Assembly: GCA_017646745.1 (NCBI GenBank)
Contig: JAGCLY010000003.1
Span: forward strand, 3,495 to 67,494
DNA length: 64,000 nucleotides
Direction of reading: 5' to 3'
Origin: Clostridia bacterium
GTDB taxonomy: Bacteria > Bacillota > Clostridia > Oscillospirales > CAG-272
Part shown: positions 58,148 through 64,000 of the stretch, piece by piece
How positions within the stretch are numbered: the first letter of the stretch is position 1
Layout of the letters: each line of letters opens with the position of its first letter
The notes under the pieces: model-generated
The model's input: only the letters and a program-made list of their open reading frames with translations
Told to the model about the DNA's origin: nothing
The model's database searches: none
Program-made: the position numbers and the translations under genes

Positions 58148-59374
58148 ATGAACAAGACAAGACTTAGAAAATATGCAAACCTGATCGCACGTTGCGGTGT
58201 TAACGTTCAGAAGGGTCAGGAGGTTATTATTAACGCAGAGCTCGACCAGCCTGAATTTGTGGCTATGGTTGTTGACGAATGCTACAAGGCAGGCGCATCC
58301 AAGGTTTCGGTTGATTGGTCCTATCAGCCTCTCACCAAGCTTAACGTTCGCCATTGCTCTAAGAAGGTGCTTGGCAGCATGGATGAGTGGCAGCTGGAAA
58401 AATGGGAGCACCAGGCAGAGGTTCTGCCCTGTAAGATCTATCTTATGAGTGAGGATCCCGACGGCCTTAAGGGTGTAAACCAGAAAAAGTATGCCGGCGC
58501 AATGGCATCTCGCTCCAAGCTGATCAAGCCTATCAGAAACAAAATGGAAAATAAGTACCAGTGGTGTATCGCCGCTGTTCCCGGCAAAGGCTGGGCAAAG
58601 AAGGTATTCCCCGGTGAGAGAGCAAGCGTTGCTATGGAAAAGCTGTGGGAGGCAATCCTCTCCACCTCGAGAGTAAACGACGATCCTATTGCGGCCTGGA
58701 ACGAGCACAACGCAAATCTCAGCGCAAGATGCAACTACCTCAATTCTCTTGGCATTAAGGAGCTTAAGTACAAGGCCTCCAACGGCACAGATTTCAGAGT
58801 AGGTCTGCTCCCCAACGCTATCTTTATGGCAGGTGGTGAGGAAACTCTCGGCCGCGGCGTATATTACAACCCCAACATTCCCACCGAAGAGGTGTTCACC
58901 TCTCCCAGAAAGGGTGATGCAGACGGTATCGTGTACTCATCCAAGCCCCTTTCTTACGGCGGACAGCTCATCGACAACTTCAGCATTAGATTTGAAAATG
59001 GCAAAATTGTAGAGGTTAAAGCTGAGCAGAACGAAGAATTGCTGCGTGAGCTTGTAAATATGGACGAGGGCGCATCCTTCCTTGGAGAGGTTGCACTTGT
59101 TCCTTATTCCTCTCCTATCAGACAGTCTGAGCTCCTCTTCTACAACACCCTCTTTGACGAGAATGCGGCATGCCACCTTGCATTCGGTCGCGGATTTACC
59201 AACACCATTAAGGGATATGAAAACCATACCGAAGCAGAGCTTCACGAGATGGGCATCAACGATTCCATAGTGCACGAGGACTTTATGATCGGAACTTCAG
59301 ATATGTCTATTACCGCTGTTTGCGCAGACGGCAGCGAGGTTGCAATCTTCCGTGACGGAGAATGGGCATTCTGA
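58148..59374 (+). CDS. M29-family aminopeptidase (AmpS/PepS type)
   Basis: LRKYANLIARCGVNVQKGQEV start and the C-terminal HLAFG...VHEDFMIG pattern of the M29 family. Confidence 0.88.
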   Translation: MNKTRLRKYANLIARCGVNVQKGQEVIINAELDQPEFVAMVVDECYKAGASKVSVDWSYQPLTKLNVRHCSKKVLGSMDEWQLEKWEHQAEVLPCKIYLMSEDPDGLKGVNQKKYAGAMASRSKLIKPIRNKMENKYQWCIAAVPGKGWAKKVFPGERASVAMEKLWEAILSTSRVNDDPIAAWNEHNANLSARCNYLNSLGIKELKYKASNGTDFRVGLLPNAIFMAGGEETLGRGVYYNPNIPTEEVFTSPRKGDADGIVYSSKPLSYGGQLIDNFSIRFENGKIVEVKAEQNEELLRELVNMDEGASFLGEVALVPYSSPIRQSELLFYNTLFDENAACHLAFGRGFTNTIKGYENHTEAELHEMGINDSIVHEDFMIGTSDMSITAVCADGSEVAIFRDGEWAF

Positions 59375-59386
59375 TTTAGTTTATAT

Positions 59387-59421
59387 AAAAAGCACGCTGA
59401 AAAATTCAGCGTGCTTTTTTG
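59387..59421. terminator. Bidirectional rho-independent terminator
   Basis: AGCACGCTGAA-loop-TTCAGCGTGCT flanked by A and T runs. Confidence 0.8.
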
Positions 59422-60267
59422 TTATCTGTTTATTGCAGCACTTTTGCGGTACGCAAGAGGGCTGGTCTGCATATATGCCTTGAATATCTTATGGAAGTAA
59501 TTGGGGTTTGAAAATCCAAGCACATCGGCAATATCGTTTATTGACGTGTCTGTCATAGTGAGCAAACGCAGAGAATGATTTACCCTGACGCCGTTTATGT
59601 AATCAATGGGAGTCTTGCCTATACTGTCCTTAAACATCTTAGTAAAATAGTCGGGAGAAAGAGCAACCATATCGGCGAGCGTCTCGATATATATTTTCTC
59701 GGAATAATTCTCGGTAATATACTCGATTACCGGGCGCAGTCTGATAACGTTATGATAGATCATTCTATCCATATCGTTACGTGCGCCGGAATAATATCTT
59801 AAAATTGCAGAGGCGAGAAGATATACATGTGCCTTTACAGGCAGGAGGTAGCAAACATCCTTGGAAATATACTCCTCATATGCCTCGTTCATACAGTAAG
59901 CGATATTCTCGTATATTGGGTGATCCTTAGTAAAGGTTACAATTCTCGAGCAGGACTGGACAAAGAACATATAAAATATCTCGTTCTCGAAGCTACCCAT
60001 ACTGTCCTCAACAAGCCTTCTGTCAAAAGCAAGAGTACGGAGCGAGGCATGCAAACCGACAGACTCAACTCTGAATACAAGCGTAGGCGGAACGTAGACA
60101 AAATCTCCTGCGGTCGCCTCAACAACCTCGGTTCCGACGGAAACAGCAACACTGCCGCTCGTTACCTGTATAATTCGGTGAGCATCAGAATGATAACCCG
60201 AATCAATTATTCCCTCTCCGCTTGCGGAATAAAGCTTTAAAAATAAATTATCGCCCGACATTGGCAA
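59422..60267 (-). CDS. AraC-family transcriptional regulator (cupin sensor plus HTH)
   Basis: C-terminal AraC HTH (VALSPDYFTKMFKDSIGKTPIDYINGVRVNHSLRLL...ADVLGFSNPNYFHKIFK). Confidence 0.85.
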   Translation of the reverse strand: MPMSGDNLFLKLYSASGEGIIDSGYHSDAHRIIQVTSGSVAVSVGTEVVEATAGDFVYVPPTLVFRVESVGLHASLRTLAFDRRLVEDSMGSFENEIFYMFFVQSCSRIVTFTKDHPIYENIAYCMNEAYEEYISKDVCYLLPVKAHVYLLASAILRYYSGARNDMDRMIYHNVIRLRPVIEYITENYSEKIYIETLADMVALSPDYFTKMFKDSIGKTPIDYINGVRVNHSLRLLTMTDTSINDIADVLGFSNPNYFHKIFKAYMQTSPLAYRKSAAINR

Positions 60268-60317
60268 TCCAGCCTTTCATAATGCGTTTCAAAATATAGA
60301 AAATGGAAGCTACTTGC

Positions 60318-61262
60318 TTAATAGAAGGTAGCAACCTCCTGTGTGGGCTTGTCCGCCCTGATGATCTTATTTACGGTAAGCACGGGACCCTTTCCGCCAT
60401 AAAGCTTAGAAAACTCCTCGTTCAGCTTCCCCTCGACGATAACCCAATCACGGGTTTTAAGCTTCAGCTGTCCCATTCCCTTGGCAACAACACCTCTGTA
60501 AGCAATATCGTCGGCGCAACAGGTCATAATATGTCTGCCTATGGCAAAGTTGCCTGCGGGAAGTGATTTGTCAAGAGCAACAATACCCTTTAAGCTTATG
60601 GTCTTACCAATGTATTTTGCCACATCCTCACTCATATCACGGTAGAAATAAGCAAAATCATCGTCCTTAATCTCAATTACATCTGCATTGATATCGTAAG
60701 GCAACGGATCCTCGATCTGATCAAACTCAATCTCGCCATTTGTATCCTCGTAGCAGATATTTGCCTTTCGGCTAATGCCTCTGACAATTTTGTGCAGAGC
60801 CATTTTGTCTGTACTTTCGCTAACACGATTGAACACCACCATCTCACAGCTGGTAAGCTTGTCTACCATAAGCTGACGCATATTAGCATTATAAACCTGG
60901 GCAGTGGTAGAATCGCAAGCGAATATTTCCTGATATACCATCCAATTCTGAGGAAGCGAATTGTAGAAGCGATCAAGCGTCCACATTCCGTTATACTCTA
61001 CCACAACTATGTCTGCCCCCGCGCGCTTTTGCATAGCATTAAGGCGGTCGGGAGTGATTGCCTGTTCCTCGTCAAAGGAAGCAAAGCTGACATTAGCGCC
61101 GAGCTCATCAGGATAATACTCTACCTCACCCTCCTCACAGGTGATAATGAGATACTTTCTTTTGCCGTCATTAAAATTAGGGTCCTTCATTGTTTCGACG
61201 ATAAAGCTTGTTTTACCGCCCTCAAGAAAGCCCGTAAAGAGATAAACCGGTATTTCCATCAT
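60318..61262 (-). CDS. CobW-like GTPase paralogue with degenerate P-loop, fused to a CC-motif (DUF1980-like) C-terminal domain
   Basis: GFLEGGKTS stands in place of GxxGxGKT. The C-terminal IGRHIMTCCADDIAYRG recalls the xTCCAADA motif that I associate with DUF1980/TIGR03943 proteins (from memory, unverified). Its start lies 3 nt after the upstream gene. Confidence 0.65.
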   Translation of the reverse strand: MMEIPVYLFTGFLEGGKTSFIVETMKDPNFNDGKRKYLIITCEEGEVEYYPDELGANVSFASFDEEQAITPDRLNAMQKRAGADIVVVEYNGMWTLDRFYNSLPQNWMVYQEIFACDSTTAQVYNANMRQLMVDKLTSCEMVVFNRVSESTDKMALHKIVRGISRKANICYEDTNGEIEFDQIEDPLPYDINADVIEIKDDDFAYFYRDMSEDVAKYIGKTISLKGIVALDKSLPAGNFAIGRHIMTCCADDIAYRGVVAKGMGQLKLKTRDWVIVEGKLNEEFSKLYGGKGPVLTVNKIIRADKPTQEVATFY

Positions 61263-61264
61263 AA

Positions 61265-62557
61265 TTATATTCCAAACAATTCCTTGATTTTTTCCTTATT
61301 AATTCCCGCACCGATAACGCAAAGACGACCAATAATTCCTGCAGATCCGCAACGCACATCTGCCTCTCCGGGAATATAGTCAAAGTGAATCCACTTGCCG
61401 CAGCTACACTCAACAATACCCTTAGCACGGAGAATCATACCGTAATCATCGCTCTCGGAGAACTGATCAAGGATAGCCTTGATTTCCTCAATAGAGAACT
61501 TCTTAGTAGTTTCCTCACCAAAGGAGGTAAACACCTCGTCTGCGTGATGATGGTGATGATCGTGATCGTGACAGCCACAGCTGCAATGCTCACCGTGATC
61601 GTGGTGATGCTCGTGATGATCGTGATCGTGGTGGTGATGCTCCTCATCGTGATGATGGCCGTGGCAACCACATTCGCAATGCTCACCGTGTTCATGGTGA
61701 TGCTCGTGATGATCGTGATCGTGGTGGTGATGCTCCTCATCGTGATGATGACCGTGGCAACCGCATTCACAATGCTCACCGTGATCGTGGTGATGCTCGT
61801 GATGATCGTGATCGTGGTGGTGATGCTCGTCATCGTGATGATGGCCATGGCAACCGCATTCGCAATGCTCACCGTGATCGTGATGATGGTCGTGATGATC
61901 GTGACCGTGGTGATGGTGATGCTTATGCTCCTCCTCAAGCGCCTTTACAGCATCCTCGAGAGTATCCTTATGCTCCATAGCAACGAGAATATCCTTGCCG
62001 TCAAGATCATCCCAAGAGGTAGTTACTATAACTGCATCGGAATTATGCTGACGAAGAAGGGATACGCATTCGGCTATCTTCTCTTCCCTTGCAGTCTGGG
62101 TGTGAGAAAGAACGATGGAAGATGCATGCTTGATCTGGTCATTATAGAATTCGCCGAAATTCTTCATATACATCTTGCACTTATTAACGTCGGCAACGGT
62201 GGTAAAGCAATTAAGAACAGCGCCGTGCTCCTCTGCAGTTTTAGCCGCACGAATAACGTCAGAAAGCTTACCAACACCCGAGGGCTCAATAATAATTCTA
62301 TCAGGAGCGTATTCCTCAAGCACCTTTACAAGCGCCTTAGAAAAGTCACCTACGAGCGAGCAACAGATGCAACCGGAATTCATCTCGGTAATCTCAATTC
62401 CAGCATCGGCAAGGAATCCACCGTCAATACCGATCTCACCAAACTCGTTCTCAATAAGAACAACCTTTTCACCGGCATACGCCTCCTTAATAAGCTTCTT
62501 GATCAGCGTGGTCTTGCCTGCACCGAGGAAGCCGGAAAATATATCTATTTTAGTCAT
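61265..62557 (-). CDS. CobW/G3E-family metallochaperone GTPase with an expanded His/Cys-rich insert
   Basis: GFLGAGKTTL P-loop and a CICC metal motif (GCICCS). A ~125-aa insert is made of GEHCECGCHGHHHD(D/E)EHHHHDHDHHEHHH(D/E)H units. A CobW C-terminal domain follows. Confidence 0.85.
   Translation of the reverse strand: MTKIDIFSGFLGAGKTTLIKKLIKEAYAGEKVVLIENEFGEIGIDGGFLADAGIEITEMNSGCICCSLVGDFSKALVKVLEEYAPDRIIIEPSGVGKLSDVIRAAKTAEEHGAVLNCFTTVADVNKCKMYMKNFGEFYNDQIKHASSIVLSHTQTAREEKIAECVSLLRQHNSDAVIVTTSWDDLDGKDILVAMEHKDTLEDAVKALEEEHKHHHHHGHDHHDHHHDHGEHCECGCHGHHHDDEHHHHDHDHHEHHHDHGEHCECGCHGHHHDEEHHHHDHDHHEHHHEHGEHCECGCHGHHHDEEHHHHDHDHHEHHHDHGEHCSCGCHDHDHHHHHADEVFTSFGEETTKKFSIEEIKAILDQFSESDDYGMILRAKGIVECSCGKWIHFDYIPGEADVRCGSAGIIGRLCVIGAGINKEKIKELFGI
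61583..61861 (-). repeat. Three tandem 93-bp (31-codon) repeats inside the CobW gene, with degenerate flanking partial copies
   Basis: GCAATGCTCACCGTG recurs at 61583, 61676 and 61862, with the variant ACAATGCTCACCGTG at 61769. The period is exactly 93 nt. The copies differ by a few mostly synonymous or D/E changes. Confidence 0.85.
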
Positions 62558-62592
62558 TTAAGTTCTCCTCAAACAATATTTTTATAAGATAT

Positions 62593-62621
62593 ATTATATT
62601 ACAAATATATAAAAAAGTCAA
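62593..62621 (-). promoter_or_regulatory. Consensus promoter of the CobW operon
   Basis: On the minus strand: TTGACT, a 17-nt spacer, then TATAAT. Confidence 0.6.
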
Positions 62622-62644
62622 GAATACTTTTTTAAAGAAATAAC

Positions 62645-62673
62645 TTGACAAAGATAAATATATATGGTAAAAT
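62645..62673 (+). promoter_or_regulatory. Promoter of the lysine-riboswitch/dapA transcript
   Basis: TTGACA, a 17-nt spacer, then TGgTAAAAT. Confidence 0.65.
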
Positions 62674-62685
62674 ACTCTTTACTAT

Positions 62686-62830
62686 GAGATAGAGGTGCAC
62701 TTGACGAAGATTATTCCACCCTGAATGCCGCCGAGGCTGTGGAAGAAAGGCGTGAGTGCCGAAGCGGATGCTGTGGCAGGCATCTTGGCTGGCAGTACGG
62801 ATAAGATCCGCCCTGCTGTCGCATTTTATG
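62686..62830 (+). promoter_or_regulatory. Lysine riboswitch (L-box) aptamer
   Basis: It contains the L-box landmarks AGAGGTGC, GGAAGAAAGG, GTGCCGAAGC, TTGG and CCTGCTGTC in the same order as the B. subtilis lysC leader. It lies upstream of dapA-dapB. Confidence 0.85.
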
Positions 62831-62874
62831 CGAAGGGCTATCATTATTGCGGCGTAACCTTTGCGCCTTGGTAG

Positions 62875-62901
62875 GATAGCTGTTCTGCGGCTATCTTTTT
62901 T
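62875..62901 (+). terminator. Riboswitch expression-platform terminator
   Basis: GATAGCTG-TTCTG-CGGCTATC followed by TTTTTT. The upstream GGCTATC (62835..62841) can pair with the 5' arm as an antiterminator. Confidence 0.75.
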
Positions 62902-62933
62902 ATTTTGATTAAATTTTCCGGAGGAATAGCAAA

Positions 62934-63818
62934 TTGAAAAATACAGTATTTACCGGTGCGGCAACTGCAATAGTTACCCCCCTTACCAAGGACGGAATTG
63001 ACTACGAGCAGTTCGGCAGACTTATAGAATGGCAGATTGCCCAAGGCATTCAGGCCATCGTTGCCGTTGGTACTACCGGTGAGGGCTCTACCCTTACCGA
63101 CAAGGAGCATAAGGATGCAATCAAGTTCTGTGTAGATAAGGTTGCGGGCAGAGTTCCGGTTATTGCAGGAACAGGATCTAACGACACCGCCTATGCGATC
63201 GAGCTCACTAAGTTCTCCTGTGAGGTTGGCGCAGATGCAATGCTTCTTGTAACACCCTACTACAACAAAGCCACTCAGAAGGGTCTTATCGAATCCTTCA
63301 AGGTTATCGCAGACGCATCTACCAAGCCCTGCATACTCTATAACGTGCCATCCAGAACCGGATGCAATCTGCTCCCCTCCTCTGTGGCAGCTCTCGCCGA
63401 TCACCCTAATATTGTTGGTATTAAGGAGGCCTGCGGAGATATTTCCCAGGTTGCAGAGCTCTGTGCTCTAGTTGGCGATAAGCTTGACATTTACTCGGGC
63501 AACGACGACCAGATCATTCCTATCCTCTCTCTTGGAGGAAGTGGCGTGATTTCGGTGCTCTCCAATATTATGCCCGCAGAAACACAAAAGATATGCAACG
63601 ATTACTTAAGCGGTAATATTGAGCAGGCAAGACGTGATCAGCTCCGACTGCTTCCCCTTATCAACGCACTGTTCTGCGAGGTTAATCCAATTCCCGTAAA
63701 GGCCGCTGTTGCTGCTATGGGATATTGCGAAAACTACCTCAGACTTCCCCTCACCACAATGGAGCCTGAGCACGAGGCGAAGCTGCTGACTCTTATGAGA
63801 GAACAAAATCTTATTTAA
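62934..63818 (+). CDS. dapA: 4-hydroxy-tetrahydrodipicolinate synthase
   Basis: GAATAIVTPLTKDG...VAVGTTGEGSTLT...PYYNK motifs. TTG start, with GGAGGAA 7 nt upstream. Confidence 0.95.
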   Translation: MKNTVFTGAATAIVTPLTKDGIDYEQFGRLIEWQIAQGIQAIVAVGTTGEGSTLTDKEHKDAIKFCVDKVAGRVPVIAGTGSNDTAYAIELTKFSCEVGADAMLLVTPYYNKATQKGLIESFKVIADASTKPCILYNVPSRTGCNLLPSSVAALADHPNIVGIKEACGDISQVAELCALVGDKLDIYSGNDDQIIPILSLGGSGVISVLSNIMPAETQKICNDYLSGNIEQARRDQLRLLPLINALFCEVNPIPVKAAVAAMGYCENYLRLPLTTMEPEHEAKLLTLMREQNLI

Positions 63819-63827
63819 GGACATATT

Positions 63828-64000
63828 ATGAACATTTTACTTAACGGTATTTCCGGATTTATGGGACGTGAGGTTGCTAAGCTGTGTGAGAATGGCTACC
63901 GTGGCGCATCACTTGTCTGCGGTGTAGACCCGAACGGTGAGCGCAACAGCAATATCGAGATATTTCCCTCATTAGACAGAGTAATTTCCGTTGACGGAGT
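63828..64000 (+). CDS. dapB: 4-hydroxy-tetrahydrodipicolinate reductase (5' part, runs off the window)
   Basis: MNILLNGISGFMGREV Rossmann-type N-terminus, positioned directly after dapA. Confidence 0.8.
   Translation, partial: MNILLNGISGFMGREVAKLCENGYRGASLVCGVDPNGERNSNIEIFPSLDRVISVDG

Noticed and set aside
58121-58708. 195-aa minus-strand ORF
   Set aside because: It is antisense to the M29 aminopeptidase gene.
61385-62587. 400-aa plus-strand ORF, the 167-aa alternative-frame ORF (61435..61938) and the 128-aa ORF (62175..62561)
   Set aside because: They are antisense or alternative frames of the CobW gene. Their long open frames are a by-product of the CAT/CAC/GAT-rich His repeat, which lacks stop codons in several frames.
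62632-63404. Two minus-strand ORFs of 70 aa and 186 aa
   Set aside because: They overlap the lysine riboswitch and the 5' half of dapA. Both of those features are strongly supported on the plus strand.
1-64000. Search for CRISPR arrays, IS elements, integrases, prophage blocks, toxin-antitoxin pairs and known defence-system gene sets
   Set aside because: I found no direct-repeat/spacer arrays, no transposase or integrase motifs, and no multi-gene island of unknown function. The only repeats are the 93-bp intragenic CobW repeat and the two 84-nt units next to tRNA-Leu.

Overview
This window is a chromosomal segment of a spore-forming Firmicute, probably a Clostridia-class anaerobe. That assignment is inferred from spoIIR, yaaT/ricT, SpoVD/SpoVE-type division genes, a 55-aa clostridial ferredoxin and strong GGAGG ribosome-binding sites. 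Almost all of it is housekeeping. Recognisable content: a radical-SAM/dCMP deaminase/AlaX/RluA block, and a large surface protein. There is also a thioredoxin pair, spoIIR-smpB, and a cadC-HMA-cadA metal efflux operon. Next come holB-yaaT, ferredoxin, rsmI, lepB, ylqF-rnhB-yraN-thrC and tig-clpP-clpX. The rest is a uxaBAC hexuronate operon, rpe, ispDF, a dcw cluster (mraZ-rsmH-X-pbp-murE-murF-mraY-ftsW-murG-ftsZ), an MreB-like gene, recD2, an SLH protein, three peptidases, an AraC regulator, a CobW-type GTPase pair, and a lysine riboswitch before dapA-dapB. I found no CRISPR array, transposase, integrase or recognisable defence system. The most unusual region is a roughly 950-bp protein-free island between clpX and tRNA-Leu(GAG), at about 27,960-28,870. 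It holds an orphan consensus promoter driving a structured leader and a 34-codon Cys-rich micro-ORF. It also holds two 84-nt tandem structured repeats that start with the tRNA-Leu acceptor sequence. Every stem difference in one hairpin of these repeats is compensatory. Other points worth a second look are a surface Ig-repeat protein whose cytoplasmic tail is a clear uL15 (ribosomal protein L15) C-terminal homologue, a CobW GTPase carrying a 93-bp His/Cys tandem repeat next to a degenerate-GTPase partner, an orphan fragment that resembles a polyvalent protein, and two candidate small RNAs. All functional calls come from motif recognition by eye; no database search was run.
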